From an uncultured Christensenellaceae bacterium (GTDB taxonomy: Bacteria; Bacillota; Clostridia; Christensenellales; CAG-1252), in contig CAYOYS010000013.1 in assembly GCA_964408255.1 (NCBI GenBank), forward strand, positions 1 through 19,638: a stretch of DNA of 19,638 nucleotides, given 5' to 3'. The position numbers and the translations under genes are program-made. Of this stretch, positions 1 through 7,560 are shown piece after piece. The number at the start of each line of letters is the position of its first letter. Within the stretch, counting starts at the first letter, position 1. The notes below the pieces were generated by a model. It worked only from the letters and a program-made list of their open reading frames with translations, ran no database searches and had not been told where the DNA came from.

Positions 1-33
1 AAACAAAGATAATATATACTGTGGAGGTCCCCC

Positions 34-1587
34 ATGGACAAGTTCAATGATTTTTTTGTGAACATAGCGGATAAGATACCTTTTGGCAAAGACTTTTTCA
101 AAAATAGTTTGCCTGTTTTCGGTATTGAAATCAACAATTTATTTTTGATTCTCGTAAGCTTGCTACTTGTGATTGTTGCGATAGTTTTAATAATCGCGAT
201 TGTCGTTTCGAGTAAAAAGGCGAAAAAAGCCAAGGCAATAGCGTCGCAAGCTACCGAGGGGGAAGCGGATGCGCAAAGCAGTGCGGGTTCGACTGCTTGT
301 GGAGTACTTATGGACAAGCAGCCTAAGTGCGCCGCGATAACTGCCGATATAGCCGATACCGGCAAGCCGGAGGCAGCCGCTTCGAAAGACTCATCCGATA
401 CGGTTGGAAAGCCGCAAGCGGAAAGCGTGTTGAGCGATGTTCAAGAAGAGATTGATACAGTTGATTCTACGGCGCAGGCTGCGGCTAGTTCTGCCGTTGA
501 GAGCGGCGCTATCCATGCGGATAAGCTACCGGAAGAGAAGACTCAATCTGAACTTTCTAAGCCTGAAGCCGCAGCAGTCGAAGCAGAAACGCCTACTTTA
601 GTTCAAGAAAACAAAGACGATTTGAGCAAACTTGCCGCCGCCTCGGTCAGCGAAGCCGCGCCGCCGACAAGAACTGCTCCTAAGACGACTGCGACGCCTA
701 TTGCCGACGGGGCAAAAAAGCCTCTTAAAAAAGCCGAGCCCGTAGCAGTTGCCGAGCCTGCTAAGTCAAGTGAGCCGAAGGATACCAAGGCTACCACTGC
801 CGCAGCACCGAAAAAGAGCGATAACGCAGTCGGTAAAAAAAGTGCGGACAGATATTCGGGCAAATTCGAGATTTATCTCACCGTGTGCGGTTACCGCTTT
901 ATCCTTACCGCAAGCAACGGTCAACTCCTATATGAGAGCAATGGATACACAAGCGCGGACGGTGCGCTAAAAGGTATTGAAACTTTCAAAAACGCTGTTC
1001 CCAACGGTACTTTTGTGGTAGACGAGGATAAATTCAACCGTTTTAGGTATATTCTTAACAAGAGGTATGTAGGTGAAAACTATACTACGAAAGCTTCCTG
1101 CGAGAACAGCATCGAATCGGTAAAAAAGTTCAGTCAAACCGCAATAGTCATGCCGTATGTAGCGGACGAGGCGGCGGAACAAGCGTATGCAGAAAGCATG
1201 AAGATGCGCAAGGCGCAAAAAGAAATAGATTGGGAAGAGATTGAAAAAGCAGAAAAGCTCGTCAAGCCGAGCGGCAAGTTCGAGATTACAAAAGGCGCGG
1301 ACGGGTTTCACTTCAACCTGATTGCGAACAATGGTCAGCTTCTGTATGCAAGCAACGGCTATGCGTCTAATAAATCTGTAAACGAAGGGATAAAAAACTT
1401 CAAGAAAACGGTTTATTCCGGAACTTTCTTTGTCGATGAAGACAAATTCGGCCGTTTCCGTTACATACTGCGGGGCGCAACTTTCAATTCTATCTATATA
1501 GGTGAATCCTATACCGCAAGAGCGGCATGCGAAAAAATTATTCAATCCGTTAAAAGATTCGTAAAATCTGCGGTAATGCCCGAATAA
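34..1587 (+). CDS. Membrane-anchored protein with four tandem YegP/DUF1508 (UPF0339) repeats. One N-terminal TM helix, a long Ala/Glu/Lys/Pro-rich low-complexity linker, then 2 x 2 DUF1508 units.
   Basis: GGAGG RBS at 22-26, ATG at 34. Hydrophobic segment LFLILVSLLLVIVAIVLIIAIVV. The motif GKFEI..G..F.L.A.NGQLLY.SNGY.S...A..GI..FKK is repeated twice, each followed by a half-repeat (FVVDEDKFNRFRYIL / FFVDEDKFGRFRYIL), typical of the YegP family. Confidence 0.75.
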   Translation: MDKFNDFFVNIADKIPFGKDFFKNSLPVFGIEINNLFLILVSLLLVIVAIVLIIAIVVSSKKAKKAKAIASQATEGEADAQSSAGSTACGVLMDKQPKCAAITADIADTGKPEAAASKDSSDTVGKPQAESVLSDVQEEIDTVDSTAQAAASSAVESGAIHADKLPEEKTQSELSKPEAAAVEAETPTLVQENKDDLSKLAAASVSEAAPPTRTAPKTTATPIADGAKKPLKKAEPVAVAEPAKSSEPKDTKATTAAAPKKSDNAVGKKSADRYSGKFEIYLTVCGYRFILTASNGQLLYESNGYTSADGALKGIETFKNAVPNGTFVVDEDKFNRFRYILNKRYVGENYTTKASCENSIESVKKFSQTAIVMPYVADEAAEQAYAESMKMRKAQKEIDWEEIEKAEKLVKPSGKFEITKGADGFHFNLIANNGQLLYASNGYASNKSVNEGIKNFKKTVYSGTFFVDEDKFGRFRYILRGATFNSIYIGESYTARAACEKIIQSVKRFVKSAVMPE

Positions 1588-1630
1588 TCGAACGCGACAA
1601 TCAAATTCGGAATACAAAACGCTTATCTGT

Positions 1631-1660
1631 AATGTGCTGATTATTTAATAATCAGCACAT
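1631..1660. terminator. Bidirectional hairpin between convergent genes: 13-bp perfect stem AATGTGCTGATTA / TAATCAGCACATT.
   Basis: Perfect inverted repeat at 1631-1643 and 1648-1660 read directly from the sequence. Followed by TTTC on the + strand. Lies between the stop of the + gene (1587) and the stop of the - gene (1727). Confidence 0.55.
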
Positions 1661-1726
1661 TTTCAATCGCATAACATAAGCCTGCGGCAGTTGTCGAATA
1701 ATAACATCTTGTAATAATCAGCATAT

Positions 1727-2401
1727 TTATATCTGCGGTTTGTCATTTAATATGAAGCGGTTCTTGTTATACGCGATTATGCCCTCTTTTTGCATTTTTG
1801 AAAGCTCAAAGGACAACGCGCTTCGCTCAACCAACAAATAATCGGCGAGCTGCTGTCTGTTAAAAGGAATGAAAAAATCTTTTTTGCCGACCTTTTTGTA
1901 CTCGTCCGAAAGATAGGCAATGACCTTTTCGCGCGTTGAGCGTTGTGATACGTGTTGCAGCTTCCTTGTTATTAAAAAGTTTTTGTCCGCGATAAGAGCC
2001 ATGAGGTTGCGGATAAGACGATTGTGAAATTCGCAAGCCGAGGTGCATACGGTTACGAAGCGTTTGAAATCGAAAAACAATATCTCGCTGTTTTCGACCG
2101 CCAAAACATTGACATTCAAGGGTCTGTGCTCGGAAAATGCAAAAACTTCTCCGAACAGTTTGCCCGGCCCGATGTGGGAAATGATGCTTCTGTTCCCCCA
2201 AAAATCCTCTTGTACAATGTGCACCGCTCCCATATAGACCATGCCGAACGAGCGTATATGGTCGCCTTCTTTGAAAATAAGCTGTCCCGCTTTGTACTGC
2301 ATGCTCGAATACGTGATGCAATTAAGGACTGCGGATATTTCGTAGTCTTTTATATTCGTGAATAGTCCGGTACCGCTTAAAAATTCTAAATATTTATTCA
2401 T
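1727..2401 (-). CDS. Crp/Fnr-family transcriptional regulator (cNMP-binding-like domain plus C-terminal HTH). By genomic context it is a candidate HcpR-type regulator of the adjacent hcp locus.
   Basis: Start trimmed to MNKYLEF (ATG at 2399-2401), preceded by AAAGGAAAAAA. Effector domain run GDHIRSFGMVYMGAVHIV...GPGKLFGEVFAF. C-terminal HTH region SQRSTREKVIAYL...FNRQQLADYLLVERSALSFELSKMQKEGII. Divergent from hcp-associated genes. Confidence 0.8.
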   Translation of the reverse strand: MNKYLEFLSGTGLFTNIKDYEISAVLNCITYSSMQYKAGQLIFKEGDHIRSFGMVYMGAVHIVQEDFWGNRSIISHIGPGKLFGEVFAFSEHRPLNVNVLAVENSEILFFDFKRFVTVCTSACEFHNRLIRNLMALIADKNFLITRKLQHVSQRSTREKVIAYLSDEYKKVGKKDFFIPFNRQQLADYLLVERSALSFELSKMQKEGIIAYNKNRFILNDKPQI

Positions 2402-2414
2402 TTTTTCCTTTTTG

Positions 2415-2428
2415 GTTGTAAAAACAAC
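2415..2428. promoter_or_regulatory. Candidate Crp/Fnr(HcpR)-type operator GTTGT-AAAA-ACAAC (5-4-5 inverted repeat) in the divergent intergenic region. A TATAGT -10-like hexamer lies at 2447-2452.
   Basis: Inverted repeat read directly from the sequence. FNR-like 5-4-5 spacing. Its centre is about 28 bp upstream of the TATAGT hexamer and 57 bp upstream of the 4Fe-4S gene start. Confidence 0.4.
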
Positions 2429-2484
2429 TGATTTATTTGGTTTATTATAGTACAATGAATATGAAAAATCAAGGAGGCGGAGCA

Positions 2485-3189
2485 ATGATTAGAAAAATAA
2501 TTAAGATAGATGAAGATAAATGCAACGGATGCGGTGCTTGCGTTACCGCCTGCCACGAGGGCGCAATCGGAATGGTTAATGGCAAAGCAAAGCTTTTGCG
2601 TGATGATTATTGCGACGGGTTGGGCGATTGTCTGCCTAGCTGTCCGACGGGAGCGATATCCTTCGAGGAGCGAGAGGCTGCCGAGTTTGACGAAGCGGCG
2701 GTCTTAAAGAATAAGAGAAAACAACAATCCGAAGTATTGCCTTGCGGCTGTCCCGGATTACATTCCAAGTCCATTAATAGACAACCTCAGCAAGAGGCGA
2801 CCTCTTGCGCGTCAAGCGAGCAGGAGAGCAGACTTGCGCAATGGCCCGTTCAAATCAAGCTTGCGCCGCTCAATGCTCCGTATTTTGCAGGTGCTAGACT
2901 TCTGATAGCGGCGGATTGCGCGGCATACGCTTATGCGTCCTTTCACGAAAGGTTTATCAAGGGGCATATTGTTCTGATAGGCTGTCCCAAGCTTGATTCT
3001 GTGGACTATTCGGAAAAGCTTGCAGAGATTATAAAAAGAAACGATATAAAAAGTATCACAATAGTAAGAATGGAAGTTCCTTGTTGCGGCGGTTTGGAAA
3101 ATGCGGCGAAGAAAGCCATTCAAAACAGTGGAAAATTTCTGCCGTGGCAGATAATAACTATTTCAACCGACGGAAAAATAATGTATTAA
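2485..3189 (+). CDS. 4Fe-4S ferredoxin-domain protein with an uncharacterised Cys-containing C-terminal domain.
   Basis: AAGGAGG RBS at 2471-2477, ATG at 2485. Two cluster motifs CNGCGACVTAC and CDGLGDCLPSCP. C-terminal domain contains ...IGCPKLD...VPCCGG. First gene of the putative hcp locus. Confidence 0.75.
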   Translation: MIRKIIKIDEDKCNGCGACVTACHEGAIGMVNGKAKLLRDDYCDGLGDCLPSCPTGAISFEEREAAEFDEAAVLKNKRKQQSEVLPCGCPGLHSKSINRQPQQEATSCASSEQESRLAQWPVQIKLAPLNAPYFAGARLLIAADCAAYAYASFHERFIKGHIVLIGCPKLDSVDYSEKLAEIIKRNDIKSITIVRMEVPCCGGLENAAKKAIQNSGKFLPWQIITISTDGKIMY

Positions 3190-3204
3190 TAGGAGGTCGA
3201 ATTT

Positions 3205-3516
3205 ATGATAGAAAAAGAATATAAGTTAACTCAAACCAATGAAAAGAAGATAGAAAAGATTCTCTTCGATGAAAACATCAACTATAACCATATGGTCTTG
3301 CCAAAAGGTGACGCGCTGCCCGAGCATTATTCCAATTCCAACGTATATATGACGGTACTTCGCGGAGTGTTATCTATCGGGCTTGACGAACAGAATATCC
3401 ATGAATACGGCGCGGGAACCTTGCTAAAAATCCCGAACAAAACCAAAATGAACGTTAGAAATCTGCATGACGAAGTGTTGGAGCTTACCGTTGTAAAAGC
3501 ACCCGCGCCCAAGTAA
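3205..3516 (+). CDS. Small cupin-fold protein.
   Basis: AGGAGG RBS at 3191-3196, ATG at 3205. About 100 aa with the cupin-like pattern HYSNSNVYMTVLRGVLSIG...G.L.KIP. Sits within the hcp locus. Confidence 0.65.
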   Translation: MIEKEYKLTQTNEKKIEKILFDENINYNHMVLPKGDALPEHYSNSNVYMTVLRGVLSIGLDEQNIHEYGAGTLLKIPNKTKMNVRNLHDEVLELTVVKAPAPK

Positions 3517-3522
3517 TAGGAA

Positions 3523-3683
3523 CTGCCTTGCTTTGCAGAACCGACCGAGCAAGCTGGTAATTGCCTTACCGACCGAGCAAGCCGGTAATTGCCTTGCTTT
3601 GCAGAACCGACCGAGCAAGCCGATAACTGCCTTGCTTTGCAGAACCGACCGAGCAAGCCGATAACTGCTTTGCTTTGCAGAAC
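3523..3683. repeat. Tandem array of about 4.5 copies of a 38-bp GC-rich unit (TGCCTTGCTTTGCAGAACCGACCGAGCAAGCCGATAAC). Each unit contains an internal inverted repeat. One copy carries an 11-bp deletion.
   Basis: Units at 3523-3561, 3562-3589 (short), 3590-3627, 3628-3665 and 3666-3683 (partial). Units 3 and 4 are identical. No unique spacers, so it is not CRISPR. Confidence 0.85.
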
Positions 3684-3772
3684 GATATAGGCAAAAATAT
3701 GCAAGATATATGCGGATTCAAAGTGAATATTGCAGAATAATCAATAATAATTTATAAAAAAGGAGAACAAAA

Positions 3773-3937
3773 ATGGAAAAATACGTTTGTATACCGTGCG
3801 GATATGTTTATGACCCCGCGATTGGTGACCCCGACGGGAAAATTGCACCGGGCACGTCTTTTGATGCGCTGCCAAACGATTGGCAATGCCCGATATGTTA
3901 TGTCGGCAAAGAGGATTTTGAAGCTGTAACGGAATAA
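3773..3937 (+). CDS. rub: Rubredoxin (54 aa). It is not in the supplied ORF track because it is short.
   Basis: AAGGAGAA RBS at 3760-3767, ATG at 3773. Translation [54 protein letters not shown] with the two CxxCG-type knuckles (CIPCGY and CPICYVGK) and the conserved W.CP motif. Confidence 0.9.
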   Translation: MEKYVCIPCGYVYDPAIGDPDGKIAPGTSFDALPNDWQCPICYVGKEDFEAVTE

Positions 3938-3948
3938 AGGAGGAAGTT

Positions 3949-5577
3949 ATGAGTATGTTTTGTTATCAATGTCAAGAAACTGCGGGCAACAAAGGTTGCA
4001 CAATCCGCGGTGTATGCGGCAAGAATGAAGAAGTTGCAAAACTGCAAGATTTGTTGATTTATACCTTAAAAGGCATCGCGGAGATTGTGGTAAAGAACAA
4101 AGTCGACGTCAAAACTATCGATAACATCAATTTTGAGGTGTTAAGCAGTCTGTTTATGACCATAACCAACGCGAACTTCGATGACGGCTCGATTGAAACT
4201 CAAATCAAAAAGATGCTTGAGTTAAGGAATTCTTTGAGGGCTGCTAATAAGTTGACGGATTATCATGATGCCGCGGTATTCGAGGCGGAAGATAGAGCGG
4301 CGATGCTAATAAAGGCATCCGAAGTCGGCATACTTGCTACCGAAGACGAGGATATACGCTCTCTTACTCAAATGATTACATACGGGCTTAAGGGTATGGC
4401 GGCGTACGCGGAGCATGCGAAAAATATCGGGAAAGAAAACCTTGAGATTAACGCCTTTATATACGAGGCACTGTCCGCGACACTCGATGAGAAACTTACA
4501 GTCACGGATTTGGTAGCTTTGACTTTGAAGACCGGCGAATTCGGCGTTAAGGCAATGGCACTACTCGACGAAGCCAACCGCTCACGGTTCGGCAACCCCG
4601 AGATAACCGAGGTCAATATCGGTGTGAGAGGCAATCCCGCGATATTGATTACCGGACACGATATGATTGACCTTGAGCAACTGCTCGAACAGACGAAGGG
4701 AACGGGAGTAGATGTCTATACACATAGCGAGATGTTGCCGTCGCATTATTATCCCGCATTCAAAAAATATCCTAATTTTGTGGGCAACTACGGCAACGCA
4801 TGGTGGAAGCAGCTTGACGAGTTCGTATCTTTTCGCGGACCAATTCTGTTCACTACCAACTGTATCGTTCCGCCAAGAAGCGAGGAAGTAAAAAACAGAA
4901 TTTTTACCACCGGCGCAACCGGCTATCCGGGGTGTAAGCATATTCAAGCGGATAAAAACGGAAAAAAAGATTTTTCAGAAATCATCGCGCTTGCTAAGAC
5001 ACTTCCCCCGCCCCAAGAGATAGAAACGGGCAGTATTGTCGGAGGCTTTGCGCACAATCAGGTGCTTGCGCTTGCCGACAAGATTATAGCGGAGGTAAGT
5101 AGCGGGGCAATTAAGAAGTTCTTTGTTATGGCAGGCTGCGACGGACGTATGAAATCTAGAGATTATTATACTCAATTCGCTGAGAAACTGCCTAAAGATA
5201 CTGTAATACTCACCGCGGGTTGCGCTAAGTACCGCTACAACAAGCTAGAGCTTGGCGATATTAAAGGGATACCTAGAGTGCTTGACGCGGGGCAGTGCAA
5301 CGACTCCTATTCTTTGGCGGTAATTGCGCTTGCGCTAAAGGACGCTTTTGGGTTGGACGACATCAACAAACTGCCGATAGTATTCAATATCGCTTGGTAT
5401 GAGCAAAAAGCCGTTATCGTATTGCTTGCGTTGCTGTACTTAGGTGTAAAGAATATCCACCTTGGACCCACGCTCCCGGGGTTTTTATCTCCGAACGTAG
5501 CTAAGGTATTGATTGAGAAGTTTAATATTGCGGGCATAGGAACGGTAGAAGACGATCTAAAGTTATTTTTAGAATAA
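3949..5577 (+). CDS. hcp: Hybrid cluster protein (hydroxylamine reductase / NO-detoxifying Hcp).
   Basis: AAGGAGGA RBS then ATG at 3949. N-terminal Cys motif [23 protein letters not shown] is diagnostic for Hcp. Length about 540 aa. Rubredoxin immediately upstream and a Crp/Fnr regulator nearby. Confidence 0.95.
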   Translation: MSMFCYQCQETAGNKGCTIRGVCGKNEEVAKLQDLLIYTLKGIAEIVVKNKVDVKTIDNINFEVLSSLFMTITNANFDDGSIETQIKKMLELRNSLRAANKLTDYHDAAVFEAEDRAAMLIKASEVGILATEDEDIRSLTQMITYGLKGMAAYAEHAKNIGKENLEINAFIYEALSATLDEKLTVTDLVALTLKTGEFGVKAMALLDEANRSRFGNPEITEVNIGVRGNPAILITGHDMIDLEQLLEQTKGTGVDVYTHSEMLPSHYYPAFKKYPNFVGNYGNAWWKQLDEFVSFRGPILFTTNCIVPPRSEEVKNRIFTTGATGYPGCKHIQADKNGKKDFSEIIALAKTLPPPQEIETGSIVGGFAHNQVLALADKIIAEVSSGAIKKFFVMAGCDGRMKSRDYYTQFAEKLPKDTVILTAGCAKYRYNKLELGDIKGIPRVLDAGQCNDSYSLAVIALALKDAFGLDDINKLPIVFNIAWYEQKAVIVLLALLYLGVKNIHLGPTLPGFLSPNVAKVLIEKFNIAGIGTVEDDLKLFLE

Positions 5578-5768
5578 AATAATAATAAGCACATTACTTC
5601 CGATAACGATAGCGCAACATATAACAAAGCTATTGAATCAATCATATAGGGCGAATTGTTTCCTATAATGATAGCGCAACAAACACAATATTTTAGAATA
5701 AACAATCATATAGCGTATTACTTCCGAGGACAATAGCGCAATAAATTGCAAGATTTTAGAATAAAATC
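5567..5768. repeat. Tandem array of three degenerate units of about 64 bp. The first unit begins inside the last codons of hcp (TTTTTAGAATAAAAT). Units share the pattern ..TTCC(G/T)A(T/G)(A/G)A(C/T)(G/A)ATAGCGCAA(C/T)A...ATTTTAGAATAAA.
   Basis: The pattern ttagaataaa(a/c).. recurs at 5569, 5691 and 5753. GATAGCGCAACA recurs at 5608 and 5672, with CAATAGCGCAATA at 5729. Period 59-64 bp. Confidence 0.75.
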
Positions 5769-5781
5769 ATAACATAAGCAT

Positions 5782-5818
5782 AATTCGGTGACCGCCCGAT
5801 ACGGGCGGTCGCCGAATT
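5782..5818. terminator. Near-perfect 17-bp-stem palindrome AATTCGGTGACCGCCCG-ATA-CGGGCGGTCGCCGAATT between convergent genes. It is a strong hairpin with no U-tract on either strand.
   Basis: Inverted repeat read directly from the sequence. One T/C mismatch becomes a G.U pair in RNA. Downstream of hcp (+) and of the DUF218 gene (-). Confidence 0.5.
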
Positions 5819-5833
5819 AATTAATGCCGAAGA

Positions 5834-5978
5834 GGACAATTTCGAGTCGGCAATATTTTGTGTCTTTTCAGTTTATATCCGTCATCGGCACTAAGCAGCT
5901 AAATTTTTCACAACATAGCGCTACTATGAGTAAAAAGTTTGACAAACCAATCTCGAAAATCATTCAAAATATTCATCA
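5834..5978. repeat. Copy A of a modular interspersed repeat (element X). Conserved left arm CAAT(T/C)TCGAGT..AATATTTTG..TCTTTTCAG, conserved block ATATCCGTCATCGGCA, a copy-specific centre, and a conserved right arm AATCTCGAAAATCATTCAAAATATTCATCA. The arms are imperfect inverted repeats of each other.
   Basis: Aligns along its length with 14036-14196 and 17705-17831 (estimated 70-80 percent identity in the arms). Left arm ATATTTTGtgTCTTTTCAg matches the reverse complement of right arm gaAAATCAttcAAAATAT. Confidence 0.7.
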
Positions 5979-6055
5979 ACACTCTTATGTCTACTTCTAT
6001 TATTGCGCCGTATGTGTTGCGCAATCGAGTGTATGTTAAGCGTAGTATGGCGCTT

Positions 6056-6466
6056 TTAATCGGCTATTATGGGAATTATCGCGTATCCTTTTAGACGCGC
6101 TCGGAATAGACGTATCGGGTTGAGAAGCCGCCGCTTAAGGTGGGTGGAGGATGAGCATAGATAAATTTTATCCACTCCCGCGGCGAGTATCATATTTTTT
6201 GCGAATTTCGCATTTTGATAGGTGGTCTTAGATTGCCGCTCGAGTATAAGCCTTTCGGATGAAATACCTCTTTTGATTAGATAATCCTGCATCGCCTCTG
6301 CTTCAGTAACGCCTGCTTTGACATTCGCAAGACCTCCGCAAAGCAGCGCCATATCATATGTATTGTCCTTAAGCCCTTTGTATGCAGTCTTGCAACGCTC
6401 GCTCATCTCGGTGTGGAAAGAGCCGTCATTATTCAATCTTTTTCCCAAAACAACAAGTAATTTCAT
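6056..6466 (-). CDS. DUF218 (YdcF/SanA/ElyC-like) domain protein.
   Basis: Start trimmed to MKLLVVLGKRL (ATG at 6464-6466), which lies 1 nt after the upstream esterase stop. Motif run LLCGGLANVKAGVTEAEAMQDYLIKRGISSERLILERQSKTTYQNAKFAKNMI is characteristic of DUF218. Confidence 0.7.
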   Translation of the reverse strand: MKLLVVLGKRLNNDGSFHTEMSERCKTAYKGLKDNTYDMALLCGGLANVKAGVTEAEAMQDYLIKRGISSERLILERQSKTTYQNAKFAKNMILAAGVDKIYLCSSSTHLKRRLLNPIRLFRARLKGYAIIPIIAD

Positions 6467-6467
6467 A

Positions 6468-7406
6468 CTATTCTTTGATATAACCGTTAATAAAATCCAT
6501 AGTTTGCCTAAAACAGTCCAACCCTTTTTTTGTCCTTGTCGCAATACCCGCGGCATGCAGCGAAAGTACCCCCGTGCCCTTATACATCTTGTACGGCACA
6601 TTAAGACTATCGAGCTGCTTCGCAAGCGCAAAACTTTCGTGGCGCAGTAGGTCATGCGCGCCGTAAATAATCATCATGGGCGGAAAGTCCTTAGTCATAT
6701 AAGAGGTGGGGGATAAAAGCTTAATTTTTTCGGTGTCTGCGCCCTTTATGATATCGGAAAGAGTAAGGTCGGTATAGCAGCGTAGCATTGTCTTCATGCC
6801 CGGGAAATGGGAACGGGTAAGCCGTACCATATCGAACGCGCCGCAATTACAGATTCCCGCGGTAATGTCGAAGGTGTCACGATGTCCAAACTCAATTCCT
6901 AGCTTATCGAACAGCGACTTATCCTTTACAATTGCCGATACCGCAAGCACAAAATAGCCGCCTGCGGATTCGCCCGCAATTACCGTTCTGTCCGTGTCGA
7001 TACTGTATTTTTCCGCGTTATCCAAGATAAAATCGATTGCTTTGAATATTTGTCTAAGCTGGTGGGGAAAGACCTTTTTAGGAGCGGTAGAATAGTCGAT
7101 ATTGGCAACGAAATACCCCTCTTTTGCCGCGTGATAGCAATAATAATTCCGTAAGTTTTTTTGTCCGGAAATCCAGCCCCCGCCATGAATCATAATCATT
7201 AAGGGCTGCTTGACTTTATTCTCTACCGCTTGCTTGTCATATATGAGGTTGCAAAGCTCGTTTTCGTCGGGGTCACCGTATGCTATGTCCTTTTCGATTG
7301 CGATGCCCTCGGGCAGCGGCTCGTATATCAAAGGGTAAAGAAAGTATTCGGTAAAATTCAAAAAGGTTTTTAGCGCGACACCTCTAACATAGGTCAATTT
7401 TTTCAT
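6468..7406 (-). CDS. Alpha/beta-hydrolase-fold esterase/lipase (HSL / Abhydrolase_3-like).
   Basis: Start trimmed to MKKLTYV (ATG at 7404-7406), with GGAGAG seven nt upstream. Oxyanion motif IHGGGWISG, nucleophile elbow GESAGG, and C-terminal DLLRHE region. Confidence 0.85.
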   Translation of the reverse strand: MKKLTYVRGVALKTFLNFTEYFLYPLIYEPLPEGIAIEKDIAYGDPDENELCNLIYDKQAVENKVKQPLMIMIHGGGWISGQKNLRNYYCYHAAKEGYFVANIDYSTAPKKVFPHQLRQIFKAIDFILDNAEKYSIDTDRTVIAGESAGGYFVLAVSAIVKDKSLFDKLGIEFGHRDTFDITAGICNCGAFDMVRLTRSHFPGMKTMLRCYTDLTLSDIIKGADTEKIKLLSPTSYMTKDFPPMMIIYGAHDLLRHESFALAKQLDSLNVPYKMYKGTGVLSLHAAGIATRTKKGLDCFRQTMDFINGYIKE

Positions 7407-7560
7407 TTTGGCTCTCCGCACGAATCTTTAATAGTTGTATTATACGCAATATCATAGTGGTAGTCAAGGAGAAAAAGGCACGCGTACTCTCTCGCAATAA
7501 AATGCTAAAATGGGCGCAAAAAATACATAAAACGCAAGTTAATACAGTTAAAATAGAGGT

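Noticed and set aside
603-1617. Minus-strand ORFs 603..863 and 967..1617, and + ORF 749..970.
   Set aside because: They lie fully inside the well-supported 34..1587 CDS. They are Ala/Ser-rich antisense shadows of its low-complexity region.
1860-2365. ORFs 1860..2321 (-), 2024..2365 (+) and 2043..2237 (+).
   Set aside because: They are embedded in the Crp/Fnr regulator gene in other frames or strands, with no independent support.
3523-3683. Possible CRISPR array (regularly repeated 38-bp palindromic units).
   Set aside because: Units are directly adjacent with no unique spacers. There are no cas genes and no leader. It is a plain tandem repeat.
5824-6039. 71-aa ORF inside element X copy A.
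   Set aside because: It lies entirely in repeat DNA, has no RBS and is not conserved in the other two copies. It is likely spurious.
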